NCBI GenBank assembly: GCA_963706575.1
Contig: CAVPNL010000015.1
Location: 384,001 to 448,000, forward strand
DNA length: 64,000 bases
DNA from: an uncultured delta proteobacterium
GTDB taxonomy: Bacteria; Desulfobacterota; Desulfobacteria; Desulfobacterales; JAHEIW01
Direction: 5' to 3'
The translations under genes were made by a program, and so were the position numbers. Of the stretch, positions 1 to 10,106 are shown one piece after another; position 1 is the first letter of the stretch; each line of letters begins with the position of its first letter. The notes below the pieces were generated by a model, which saw only the letters and a program-made list of their open reading frames with translations, was not told where the DNA came from and searched no databases.

Positions 1-1221
1 TTGAAAATTTTTTCAGATGTGATTGAGCTGATTGAAAAAGAATATGTCGATGAAGTGGAGTCAAAAGAGCTTATCCAAAAAGCCATTCAGGGCATGGTTC
101 AAAGCTTGGATCCGCATTCATCGCTGTTGCCGCCGGAAGCGTTTGAAGATTTGCAAATCGACACCAAAGGTAAGTTTACCGGAATCGGGATCCACATCAC
201 GATGAAAGACGGATTTGTTACCGTCATATCTCCCATCGAAGACACACCGGCATACAACGCCGGCATCATTGCCCAGGACCGCATCATAAAAGTCGACGGC
301 AACCCGGTTAAAGATCTGCGTGAAGCCGTGAATATGATGCGGGGACCGAAGGGCACCCGGGTTTCAGTCACCATCGCGCGCCAGGGCGAAAAAGAACCGA
401 TTGAGTTTGAACTGGTTCGTGATGTCATTCCGATTGTCAGTGTTAAAGAGGTTGATCTTAAACCCGGCTACGGCTACATCCGCCTGTCGCAATTTTCAGG
501 CAGCACGACCACAGAGCTTGAAGCGGCCTTGCAGAAAATGGAATCCGCCAAAGTGCCGATGAAAGGGCTTATTTTAGATTTGAGAAATAACGGCGGTGGT
601 TTGTTGAATCAGGCCATTAAGGTGTCTGATCTGTTTTTGGAAGAAGGCAAAATTTTATCCATTGAGGGGCGCAACAAGAAAAATACAAAAGTGTATATGG
701 CCACACCGGATACGGTCAGCCGTAAATATCCAATCGTGGTGCTGATCAACAGCGGCAGCGCCAGTGCTTCTGAGATCGTTGCCGGCGCACTTCAAGACCA
801 AAAACGGGCCCTGATTCTGGGGACCACTTCTTTTGGTAAGGGCTCCGTGCAAACCGTGGAGACTCTGCGTGACGGTTCCGGTCTCAAGTTGACCATCGCC
901 AGGTATTACACCCCCAGCGGCCGATCGATTCAGGCTAAGGGAATCGAGCCGGACATTGTTTTAAAGCACAAACGCATCGATCCCAAGGAGTCGCAGGAAG
1001 AGGGCCTGCTAAAAGAAAAAGACCTGTTAAATCATCTTGAAGCTGAACCGGATAAAAATAAAAACCAAAAGTCCGAACCCCAAAAATCAAAGCCTAAAAA
1101 TCAAGAAATGGAGTTTAGAGTCGGCCCGCTGACCGTCGATCTGCTTCGAACAGATAATCAGGTGATGCGGGCGCTTGAAATCCTTAACAGTTACGACATT
1201 TTTAAAAGTTTAAACAGTTGA
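1..1221 (+). CDS. ctpA: Carboxyl-terminal processing protease, S41A family (5' end probably outside the window)
   Basis: PDZ-like GIGI segment, DLRNNGGG, catalytic SASASEI and FGKGSVQ motifs, TIARYYTPSG. Confidence 0.95.
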   Translation: MKIFSDVIELIEKEYVDEVESKELIQKAIQGMVQSLDPHSSLLPPEAFEDLQIDTKGKFTGIGIHITMKDGFVTVISPIEDTPAYNAGIIAQDRIIKVDGNPVKDLREAVNMMRGPKGTRVSVTIARQGEKEPIEFELVRDVIPIVSVKEVDLKPGYGYIRLSQFSGSTTTELEAALQKMESAKVPMKGLILDLRNNGGGLLNQAIKVSDLFLEEGKILSIEGRNKKNTKVYMATPDTVSRKYPIVVLINSGSASASEIVAGALQDQKRALILGTTSFGKGSVQTVETLRDGSGLKLTIARYYTPSGRSIQAKGIEPDIVLKHKRIDPKESQEEGLLKEKDLLNHLEAEPDKNKNQKSEPQKSKPKNQEMEFRVGPLTVDLLRTDNQVMRALEILNSYDIFKSLNS

Positions 1222-1340
1222 GCTAGATTACCGAAGCTGATTGTTCGTTTTTCATAGCAGCCGGCCTGGAATCCTGGTCATTGAATTCGCTGAGCTAAAA
1301 TGGCTTGAAGGAAGACAGCTCCACCCATAATAACAGCTAA

Positions 1341-2336
1341 ATGGCTAAACGAAAACCAACCCGAAAAAAGAGACGCCCAAAAAAATCTCGTAAAAAATCC
1401 CCCGTTAAAAGCTCCTTTTTTAAAGCGCTGGCCGGCATGGCGATTCTGGGTGCGTTGGTCGTCGCCGTCGGTCTTCTGGTTTATCATCTGTCCCCGCCCC
1501 AACCGCCCTCACCGCCGCCGGCAGCTAAATCAACAGGGAACGAGACCCCGGCGCTGAAGAAAAAGCCGACTTTTGAAATCTACCCGAAGGAAAAGCCTGC
1601 TCCTCGACAGTCCTTGGCCAGGAAAGATATTCCAGCATCAATCCCGAAACCGGCGCCCCGAAAGGCATTGCCTTCTGTGGCACTCATTATCGATGATCTG
1701 GGATATGATAAAAAAATCGCCCAAAAATTTGCGCAGCTGGATGTAACCTTGACTTTTTCGATCCTGCCCCACAGCCCTTTTCAAAAAAAGATAGCCCGGC
1801 TCGCACAATCAAAGGGTTTGGAAATCATGATTCATATGCCCATGGAGCCGGTTGAATACCCGCAGGTGAATCCGGGCCCCGGAACCCTGCTGACCTCAAT
1901 GTCGCCGGATGAGTTGATCAACCAGCTCGACCAAAATCTTAATACCCTGCCCGGCGTTAAAGGGATCAACAACCATATGGGTTCCAGGCTGACCTCGGAA
2001 TCAACTCAGATGTATCAAATTTTTTCGATTTTAAAGAAACGAGGACTTTTTTTTATTGACAGCCGGACAACGGCTGAATCGTTGTGCGAACCATCAGCGC
2101 GTCTGCTCCAGGTCCCTTTTGCCCAGCGTGACGTTTTTATTGACCACTACATCAAACCGGATTTTATCCGCAACCAGATTAAGGAACTCATCCGGATAGC
2201 CAAAAAAAACGGTGAAGCGATAGGCATTATGCATCCGCATTCGACGACACTCAAGGTGCTGCAGGAAATGATGCCTGACCTCAAAGGCCAGGTTCGCTTG
2301 GTCCCGGCTTCAAAAGTCGTGCACCCGATCGGATAG
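1341..2336 (+). CDS. Divergent polysaccharide deacetylase (YibQ-like), membrane-anchored
   Basis: Basic N-terminus, TM helix, Pro-rich linker; IIDDLG, HMPMEP, NNHMGS, FIDSRT, RDVFID motifs; usual position after ctpA. Confidence 0.9.
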   Translation: MAKRKPTRKKRRPKKSRKKSPVKSSFFKALAGMAILGALVVAVGLLVYHLSPPQPPSPPPAAKSTGNETPALKKKPTFEIYPKEKPAPRQSLARKDIPASIPKPAPRKALPSVALIIDDLGYDKKIAQKFAQLDVTLTFSILPHSPFQKKIARLAQSKGLEIMIHMPMEPVEYPQVNPGPGTLLTSMSPDELINQLDQNLNTLPGVKGINNHMGSRLTSESTQMYQIFSILKKRGLFFIDSRTTAESLCEPSARLLQVPFAQRDVFIDHYIKPDFIRNQIKELIRIAKKNGEAIGIMHPHSTTLKVLQEMMPDLKGQVRLVPASKVVHPIG

Positions 2337-2425
2337 GGCCCCAAGCATGAACCCTGTGCCCGGCAAATCAATATCGAAAATACTTGGGCTTGAAAAGCAG
2401 TTTAAATATCGGATAAAATAACAGC

Positions 2426-5308
2426 ATGAGCGACAATTCAAAACTGTATAACAGCCGCATGTCGAAAAATTATTTGGATTATCTCGGCATGTATCATCCT
2501 GATGTGAGCATCGATGCGGTTCTGGATTATGCCGGGATGAACCGCTACGAAGTGGAAGATCCGGCCCACTGGTTTAACCAGAAGCAGATGGATGACTTTC
2601 ACGAAATCCTTGTTCAAAAGACGGGTGATCTAAATATCTCCAGGGCTGCTGGACGGTATACGGCCTCCGGCGGCGGGTTTGGTGCCGGCAAGCAGTATGT
2701 GTTAGGGTTAATGAGTCCGGTCGCAGGTTATCTATTAACAGAAAAATATTATCCTTTCTTTAGCCGCGGGGCCGTTGTCAAAGCAAGGAAAGTCGGACCC
2801 GTCACGGTTGAAATTGTTTCCAAACCCAATCCGGGGGTCAATGAAAAGCCCTATCAATGCGAAAATAGGACCGGCACTTTTGAAGCGCTCGCAAGATTGT
2901 TCACGGATAAATTCGCCAATGTGGAACACCCTGAATGCCTTCACAAAGGGGATAGCCACTGCCGATATGTGATCACCTGGGAAAAGACCGCCGCACTGGT
3001 CTGGAAACGCATCCGCAATTATGTCCTATTACTGGCCGGCCTGTGCTCTCTGGTCCTTTTTGGGTTCACGACACTCCCGACCTGGGGGGTTGTGGTTCTG
3101 GCGCTTGCCCTGCTTTCGGCAGGCGTTTCATATTATGCGGAGTATCTTGAAAAAAAAGAACTGACCCAAACCGTTGAAGCCCAGAAATCAACCTCTGAAA
3201 ACCAAATTCTTGAAAGCAATATCCGCTATAATAATGCTTCACTGATCCAGGAGATCGGCCAAGTTACTTCGAAGCTACTCACCATTGACGATTTGCTTAA
3301 AAGCGTTGTCAGCGTTATGGAAAGGCGTCTTGATTTTGACCGTGGGATGATCATGCTGGCAAACAAGGAAAAAACCCAATTGTATTATACGGCCGGATAT
3401 GGCCATACAGAAGAGCAGGAAAAATTTTTAAACCAGCTCAAATTTAACCTGAACAATCCCGAATCCAAAGGATTGTTCATCCGGGCGATGAAAGAAACCA
3501 AACCGCTTTTGGTTAATAATATCGATGAAATCAAGGACAGCCTCTCTCCGAGAAGTCTGGAATTTGCAAACCGCATGGGTGGTAAATCTTTGATATGTGT
3601 GCCGATTATCTATGAACGTGACTCGCTGGGTATTTTAGCGGTTGATAATATTAAGTCCAAAACGCCGCTGAAAAAAAGCGACATGAATCTCTTAATGGGC
3701 ATCGCGTCCCAGCTGGCGACCAGCATCATGAACGCCATGTCCTTCAAAAAGACCCAAGAGAGCGAAAATAAATATCGCGAGCTAGTTGAAACTGCAAACA
3801 GCATCATCTTGCGGGTGGACACGCTGGGTCGGATAACTTTTTCCAATAAGTTCGCCCAACGGTTTTTCGGTTATGCTGAAAATGAGATGCTCGGCATCAA
3901 TGCCGCCCAGATTATTTTGCCGGCCGGGCGGGCGAATCAGCAGGGGCTCGAACACCTGACCACATCTTTGCGCAAAGACCCCGACCGGCTGGTTGTCAGT
4001 GAAAATGAAACCGAACTTAGAAATAAAGAAAAGGTTTGGATCGCTTGGACGTATAAACCGATTTATAACAGTGAGGGAAATTTTAAAGAAATTTTGTGTA
4101 TCGGCAACGATATCACCGAACTCAAGTTGGCCGACATAGAAAAAAAGGATTTGCAGGCCCAACTGCAGCGCGCCCAGAAAATGGAAGCCATCGGTACGCT
4201 GGCCGGGGGGGTGGCGCATGATCTGAATAATATTTTATCCGGAATTGTCAGCTACCCGGAACTTTTGCTGATGGATCTGGATGCGAAAAGCCCACTGATC
4301 AAACCGATATTAACCATTCAAAAATCCGGAGAAAAAGCGGCGGCAATTGTTCAGGATTTATTAACATTGGCCCGCAGAGGCGTGGCTGCGACAGAAGTTG
4401 TCCATTTAAACAGCATCGTTTCGGAGTACCTGCTCAGCCCTGAACATGAAAAACTGAAGATGGATCATCCCGATGTAAAAGTGAAGCACCAGCTGGATTC
4501 CAATTTGCTCAACATCATGGGTTCACCGGTTCATCTGTCAAAAAGCATAATGAATCTGGTATCCAATGCCGCAGAGGCGATGCCTAATGGTGGAACGATA
4601 ACGATTCACAGCGAAAACCGGCACGCAGACACACCGATAAATACCTTTGATGATATCGGAAAAGGAGATTATGTAACCCTGACCGTCGCCGATACCGGAA
4701 TTGGTATACCCCCCGAAGATATGGAGCGAATATTTGAACCCTTTTATACGAAGAAAAGCATGGGCCGCAGTGGCACCGGTCTGGGAATGGCAGTGGTTTG
4801 GGGCACGGTAAAAGATCACAGGGGCTATATCGATATCAAAAGCCGAGAGGGTATAGGCACGACCATCACCCTATATTTTCCGGTCACTCGTAAAGAGTTA
4901 GCCGCGGACTTAGAACTGGTAAGTCTTGAAGAAATTAAAGGTAACGGCGAATCCATCCTGATAATCGATGATGTCCTGGAACAGCGGCAGATTGCCTCTG
5001 AAATGCTGGAAAAACTGGGATATGCGGTAACAACGGTGGCCAGCGGCGAGGCGGCGGTAAATTACCTGGTCAATCATTCAGTGGATTTAATCGTGCTGGA
5101 TATGATCATGGACCCGGGCATTGACGGTCTTGAAACCTATAAGAGGATATTGAAACTTCATCCCGGCCAAAGAAGCATTATCGCCAGCGGATTTTCGGAA
5201 TCCGACCGCGTGAAAGAAGCTCAGAAAATCGGTGCGGGAATATATATTAAAAAACCGTATTTAATCGAAAAGTTTGGACGGGCCGTGAAAAAGGGGTTGG
5301 AAGCTTGA
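2426..5308 (+). CDS. Hybrid sensor histidine kinase (V4R/H-NOX-like N-domain, 2 TM, GAF, PAS, HisKA, HATPase, REC)
   Basis: H-box AGGVAHDLNN, N-box NLVSNA, DTGIGI, FEPFYTKK, GTGLG, C-terminal receiver (IIDD, LDMIM, KP). Confidence 0.92.
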   Translation: MSDNSKLYNSRMSKNYLDYLGMYHPDVSIDAVLDYAGMNRYEVEDPAHWFNQKQMDDFHEILVQKTGDLNISRAAGRYTASGGGFGAGKQYVLGLMSPVAGYLLTEKYYPFFSRGAVVKARKVGPVTVEIVSKPNPGVNEKPYQCENRTGTFEALARLFTDKFANVEHPECLHKGDSHCRYVITWEKTAALVWKRIRNYVLLLAGLCSLVLFGFTTLPTWGVVVLALALLSAGVSYYAEYLEKKELTQTVEAQKSTSENQILESNIRYNNASLIQEIGQVTSKLLTIDDLLKSVVSVMERRLDFDRGMIMLANKEKTQLYYTAGYGHTEEQEKFLNQLKFNLNNPESKGLFIRAMKETKPLLVNNIDEIKDSLSPRSLEFANRMGGKSLICVPIIYERDSLGILAVDNIKSKTPLKKSDMNLLMGIASQLATSIMNAMSFKKTQESENKYRELVETANSIILRVDTLGRITFSNKFAQRFFGYAENEMLGINAAQIILPAGRANQQGLEHLTTSLRKDPDRLVVSENETELRNKEKVWIAWTYKPIYNSEGNFKEILCIGNDITELKLADIEKKDLQAQLQRAQKMEAIGTLAGGVAHDLNNILSGIVSYPELLLMDLDAKSPLIKPILTIQKSGEKAAAIVQDLLTLARRGVAATEVVHLNSIVSEYLLSPEHEKLKMDHPDVKVKHQLDSNLLNIMGSPVHLSKSIMNLVSNAAEAMPNGGTITIHSENRHADTPINTFDDIGKGDYVTLTVADTGIGIPPEDMERIFEPFYTKKSMGRSGTGLGMAVVWGTVKDHRGYIDIKSREGIGTTITLYFPVTRKELAADLELVSLEEIKGNGESILIIDDVLEQRQIASEMLEKLGYAVTTVASGEAAVNYLVNHSVDLIVLDMIMDPGIDGLETYKRILKLHPGQRSIIASGFSESDRVKEAQKIGAGIYIKKPYLIEKFGRAVKKGLEA

Positions 5309-5351
5309 GTACCACCGTAAAACCGGTCCATTTCCTGTAATGGACACAATA

Positions 5352-6014
5352 CTATGATTTAACTTCGCGCAGCATTTTGTAAAGTGATTTTGGATAAAGA
5401 AAGGTAAACTCGTAACGGGCAAAGCCAACGACATCTTTATCTTTGAGCAACACACGCTTTTTAGCCAGCCGTGAGCCGTTTATCTTGGTGCCATTGGTAG
5501 AACCGGCATCCCGTATGCAATACCTGCCGTCTTCGATATCAATAATCGCATGGCGCTTGGATATCGCATAATCCGGCATAATCATGTCGTTGCCGTTAAT
5601 ACGCCCGATATAAAAGCTGCCGCGCGGCGTCGCCGGATACTCACCTTTAACCAACGGGTATACGGCATGTTTTAAGCTTTCGGAAGCCGACAGGGAAGCA
5701 CCCATACTTTTGGTAGGTTCAAAAATTTGGGTGCTGTTGAGTTCATCGCTGGCCATTCCCGATTGAGTCGATATGATTCCCGTCTTGATCGCAGAACCCA
5801 CCAACACCGGACGCTGTATTAATTTAACGAAGACCTCTACTTCATAATCCTGGGCCATTTTGCGCAAGGAGGCCAGGCTCACCCTTCCGGAGGCGCTCAG
5901 CATTTTTGCAAGCCGCCCGGCGGGCTCGGCCGAGCCTTTTTGCTCTGGCGGTGTCGCCAGGACCGTCTCGTCTGTTTTTTTCTTTTTGAAACGGGCGAAT
6001 GCTCTACCCAGCAT
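5352..6014 (-). CDS. FHA domain protein
   Basis: IGR...ISKRHA...DAGSTNGTKING FHA signature in the C-terminal half. Confidence 0.88.
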   Translation of the reverse strand: MLGRAFARFKKKKTDETVLATPPEQKGSAEPAGRLAKMLSASGRVSLASLRKMAQDYEVEVFVKLIQRPVLVGSAIKTGIISTQSGMASDELNSTQIFEPTKSMGASLSASESLKHAVYPLVKGEYPATPRGSFYIGRINGNDMIMPDYAISKRHAIIDIEDGRYCIRDAGSTNGTKINGSRLAKKRVLLKDKDVVGFARYEFTFLYPKSLYKMLREVKS

Positions 6015-6435
6015 ATTTGCCTCCTCTATATCAACTCAAATCGTTTCATATTTTCAGAACCTTGACGAAAAACGTCCTACAAAATCGCAGCCAAGGTTTT
6101 AAATTTGAATATGAAACTTAAACGTATCTTCAATCAGGGGATTTATTCTCACCCCAGATGATAAAATCATTAAGTTATTACAATAAATTATCGCAGAAAG
6201 ACCGCCAAAAGTCAAGATTTGACCAAAGTGTCAAGCATTACAGTGTCTTATAACTGATAATATCTATATCGGCTGTTTTATGGAAAAATTAAGATATTAA
6301 GACAGATTTGATTGACTCGGAGCGTATGGATTTATAAGATAGCACCTGAATTTTGCATGTAACTGTTTTGTAAATGCCACACGAAGTTAATATATCTGAA
6401 CCATACCTGTTGCAGCTCTGGCCGGGCCGGGCAAA

Positions 6436-8688
6436 TTGAAAATGAAATTATTTCTGAACATCACCTTAATCCTGTTAACGATTTTCGCGTGCTTCGTCGA
6501 AAACATCTATCTATCCTTTCACCCCCCCCAACCGCAGCGCATCACATCACTGACAATCAGAGCCCGCCAGCCTTTCAGCTATGATCAGAAAATAGCCCTG
6601 AGTTCAAAACGGGTCCAGGCCCTCTCGCAGTATGTTCCCGTATTTAATTATGTTCCTGAAAGGGTCAAAGCGTCCAGAAAGAAGATGCTGGCGCTGACCA
6701 GGGAATTATTATCCTACCAGAACCGCAACAAAAACAGCAGCGATGAACTGATCGCATATATCAACTCAGAACTCGGTGTGGCCGTTTCCCCGGATACCAT
6801 GTCCAGGGTACTTCGGTACCGCAATCTTAAAAAACTGCTGAAAAGCATTTTAACAGTTGAAGAATCCATTCTTCAAAACAAAATTTTAGGTGACACACAA
6901 AAATTAAAAGGCAAAAAAACCATCGAGATCCATGACCCTGCCCTCACAGCGCCGGCATTAACAATTGTAGATCAACTCACATCCCTCGAAGCGGCGCGAC
7001 TTTCCTTACAGGAAAAAGTCAAACAGCTCTTCTGGCAGGTAAACGAATCCATTCGGGATCCTGTTTTAAAAATCGCCCAGGCGACCCTGCTACCCAACCT
7101 GGTGTACGACCAAAAGGAAAATGCCCTGCGACTCGATAAAATTCACCGTCAATACCCGGTTGAAACCCTTCATTTTCAGGCTGCCGAAATCCTCATCCCT
7201 TTCCGCAAGGTATTAAGTGAGCAGGATGTGCTTTTATTAAACGCCTATCAAAAGCAGCAAATTAAAAAGATATACCGCAACATTCCCTGGATCCTGTTTA
7301 CCGTTCTGTTTATGGTCATATTTTATAATTTATTCCTTTCAAAGGTGCTGACAACCGGATCGCGCAAAGCACCGCCGCAGCGCCCACTGCTTTCGCTTTT
7401 GATCCTGTGTATATTTATTCTAAAAGGCTGCCTTCTGTTTACCCCGTTGCCGATCTATGCCATTCCCTTTGCATTTTTGCCGTTGATGGTGATTTCATTA
7501 AATCATGGAAAGCTGACGGCCACCGGTACCGCCATGGTGGGCGCTATTCTGGTCAGCCTGTTTGCCGGACCCCAATATGCCGTTGTGCTCTATCTTATAT
7601 TCGGCGGACTGGCTGCCACACTGGTATCGGCCAATATACAGAAGCGCTGGCAAATTATCCTGCCTTCCCTGATTGTGGGACTGGTTAACAGTGTCAGTGT
7701 GCTGGCCTTCAGCCTGGATTGGCAGGCAGTTTTCCCGGTGGCATCCACACTGCCGGGTATTAGCGCATTGCTTCCCGGAAAGGGTTTCGAACCGGCTTTG
7801 GTGCAGCACCTGGGATGGGCCTTTGCCGGCGGCCTGGTGGCCGGTCCCCTGGCGCTTTTATGTTTACCACTGCTGGAAATCAGCTGGGATACGGCTTCTG
7901 CCTTTAAACTCAATCGGTACATGGATCTGCAGCGTCCCCTGATAAAAAAATTGGAGAAGCAGGCTCCCGGCACCTATCAGCACTCTATGACCGTGGCCTA
8001 TCTATCGCAGGTGGTGGGTGAAGCTACAGGAGCCAATTCATTGCTTTTACGAATCGGCGCTTATTACCACGATATCGGCAAAATGGAGACACCCAGGAAC
8101 TTTATCGAAAATCAATTCAACAGTGAAAACCCGCATGACCTTTTAGATCCCTGGGAAAGCACAGAGTTGATTATCAACCATGTTAAAACCGGCATGAAGA
8201 TGGCAATGAATTCGGGTTTGCCAAGAGCGGTAGTGGATCTGATTATGCAGCATCATGGGACGCATCGCCTGGAATATTTTTTCAGTCTGGCTGCCAAAGA
8301 CCAGCCACGGGAAATCATTGATGAAACCGATTTTCGATACCCGGGCCCTAAACCCCAGAGTACGGAAGCAGCCATTCTGATGATCGTCGATGCGGTGGAG
8401 GCCGCATCGCGCACGATGCAGAATCCTACCCGCCTTAAGTTTGAAAAAATGGTCCGGTTAATTGTCGGCAAGCGAATTGAGGACGGACAGTTCAGCGAAT
8501 GTGATCTGACGACCCGTGATATCTCCAAAATCGTGCGCGCTCTGGTCGATGCATTGGAGGTCTCGTTTCATTCCCGCATCCGCTATCCGTGGCAAGAAAA
8601 ATCAGCGGCCAAAAATGACTCCCACTGGACGTTTGGAAGCAGTGATAGGGATAAGCAGCCGCAATCCCGCGAATCCTTTAAGATGTGA
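6436..8688 (+). CDS. 7TM-HDIG phosphohydrolase, PgpH-like (putative c-di-AMP phosphodiesterase)
   Basis: N-terminal TM, large extracytoplasmic domain, multiple TMs, APGTYQHS, YYHDIGK, QHHGT, YPGPKPQS, DAVEAASR. Confidence 0.88.
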   Translation: MKMKLFLNITLILLTIFACFVENIYLSFHPPQPQRITSLTIRARQPFSYDQKIALSSKRVQALSQYVPVFNYVPERVKASRKKMLALTRELLSYQNRNKNSSDELIAYINSELGVAVSPDTMSRVLRYRNLKKLLKSILTVEESILQNKILGDTQKLKGKKTIEIHDPALTAPALTIVDQLTSLEAARLSLQEKVKQLFWQVNESIRDPVLKIAQATLLPNLVYDQKENALRLDKIHRQYPVETLHFQAAEILIPFRKVLSEQDVLLLNAYQKQQIKKIYRNIPWILFTVLFMVIFYNLFLSKVLTTGSRKAPPQRPLLSLLILCIFILKGCLLFTPLPIYAIPFAFLPLMVISLNHGKLTATGTAMVGAILVSLFAGPQYAVVLYLIFGGLAATLVSANIQKRWQIILPSLIVGLVNSVSVLAFSLDWQAVFPVASTLPGISALLPGKGFEPALVQHLGWAFAGGLVAGPLALLCLPLLEISWDTASAFKLNRYMDLQRPLIKKLEKQAPGTYQHSMTVAYLSQVVGEATGANSLLLRIGAYYHDIGKMETPRNFIENQFNSENPHDLLDPWESTELIINHVKTGMKMAMNSGLPRAVVDLIMQHHGTHRLEYFFSLAAKDQPREIIDETDFRYPGPKPQSTEAAILMIVDAVEAASRTMQNPTRLKFEKMVRLIVGKRIEDGQFSECDLTTRDISKIVRALVDALEVSFHSRIRYPWQEKSAAKNDSHWTFGSSDRDKQPQSRESFKM

Positions 8689-8716
8689 TCGGCAGCGCCG
8701 GCGCTGCCGATTTTTC
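8688..8716 (+). terminator. Probable intrinsic terminator
   Basis: Perfect 24-nt palindrome ATCGGCAGCGCCGGCGCTGCCGAT (8688-8711) followed by a T-run, directly after the stop codon. Confidence 0.65.
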
Positions 8717-8855
8717 GGTTTTATTTTAAAAATTTAGTTTCCTCGAATCCGCCTCTGATCGAAAACCCACCTGATTGCTTTAATTTTCAAAATAATCCCT
8801 TGCCCCTGAATTTCACCGATGCTAAATTCACATTAACTTGAAGCCGCAAATAATT

Positions 8856-8948
8856 CGTGGCTGGAAGCCACGCCCACGCCTTCAATAATCAGCGCATTTA
8901 TCATACGCTTTTGAGAAACAACTTGTGGGAGCGGCATCTTGCCGCGAT
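8856..8948. repeat. Inverted pair of GTGG-type REP-like palindromes
   Basis: TCGTGGCTGGAAGCCACGCCCAC (8856-8878) is an imperfect reverse complement of GTGGGAGCGGCATCTTGCCGCGA (8925-8947). Confidence 0.55.
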
Positions 8949-8984
8949 ATCGGCGGATTGAAGCGACTTATCAAAGGAGAGTGT

Positions 8985-10106
8985 ATGGCTTACAGCCTAA
9001 TGGAAGGCAACGAAGCAATCGCCCGGGGGGCGATTGCAGCAGGGTGCCGTTTTTTTGCCGGTTATCCCATTACGCCGGCAACCACGATTTACCAGAGCAT
9101 GCTCAACCTGCTGCCGCCCCTTGGCGGTATTTGCCTTCAGGGCGAGGATGAGATTGCCTCCATTGGATTTTGCCTGGGCGCATCCATGGCCGGCTTGAAA
9201 GTGATGACCGCTACCTCAGGGCCGGGGATCAGCCTGTACAGTGAAAACATTTCCTTTGCGATCGGCAGCGAAATTCCGATCGTGATCATTGACGTGCAAC
9301 GACTGGGACCTTCTACGGGTTCGGCCACCCGGGGAGCCGATGGGGATATCAACTTTTTGCGCTGGGGCAGCAGCGGGGGCCTTCCGGTTATTGTTCTGGC
9401 TCCGGTAGATGTAGAAGACTGCTTTGTGTTGACCATGCATGCCTTTAATCTGGCCGAGGAATTTCGCTGTCCGGTATTTGTGGCTTCCAACAAAGAAATC
9501 GGTATGACCCGGGAAAGCATTGATCTTCAAGGGTTGGACACCCCCGGCATCGTCGAGCGCAGCACCGCGCCGCCGAATCAACCGCTGTTGCCTTTTCATG
9601 TGGACAAAGGGCAACAGGTCCCGGACTTTCTTCCCATCGGCGACAAGGTTCTGGTTCGCCAGACTTCCTCGACGCACGGCGCCGACGGATATATAACCAC
9701 CGACACCGCTGCCATCGCCCGCAACCAGAAGCGCTTAAAGAAAAAACTGCTGTCGGCTATCGACCGGTTTTCTTTTCATGAAGCCTACCAAATCAAAAAT
9801 GCCGATACCCTCCTGATTGCCTATGGGGTTTCCGCTCGGGCCGCTAAAGCGGTATTCCAGGAGCAAAAGCGCCGGGGCAAACCCATATCTCTGCTGGTCT
9901 TAAAAACGTTGTGGCCGGTGCCGGAAAATGTGATCCGGCAGGCTGCCCGTAACGCCAGGCGCATTGTGGTCGTGGAGATGAACCTGGGGCAATACGTCGG
10001 GGAAATAAAACGTATTCTACCGCGGAATCCGATCGTCTTTTGCGGACAAATGGACGGCCGGCTGATCACGCCCGCCCGGATCAAGGAGGCCATCAACAAT
10101 GAATAG
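8985..10106 (+). CDS. 2-oxoacid:ferredoxin oxidoreductase alpha subunit
   Basis: GNEAIARGA, FFAGYPITP, EDEIAS, TATSGPG, QRLGPSTG, VEMNLGQ; AAAGGAG RBS before ATG 8985. Confidence 0.93.
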   Translation: MAYSLMEGNEAIARGAIAAGCRFFAGYPITPATTIYQSMLNLLPPLGGICLQGEDEIASIGFCLGASMAGLKVMTATSGPGISLYSENISFAIGSEIPIVIIDVQRLGPSTGSATRGADGDINFLRWGSSGGLPVIVLAPVDVEDCFVLTMHAFNLAEEFRCPVFVASNKEIGMTRESIDLQGLDTPGIVERSTAPPNQPLLPFHVDKGQQVPDFLPIGDKVLVRQTSSTHGADGYITTDTAAIARNQKRLKKKLLSAIDRFSFHEAYQIKNADTLLIAYGVSARAAKAVFQEQKRRGKPISLLVLKTLWPVPENVIRQAARNARRIVVVEMNLGQYVGEIKRILPRNPIVFCGQMDGRLITPARIKEAINNE

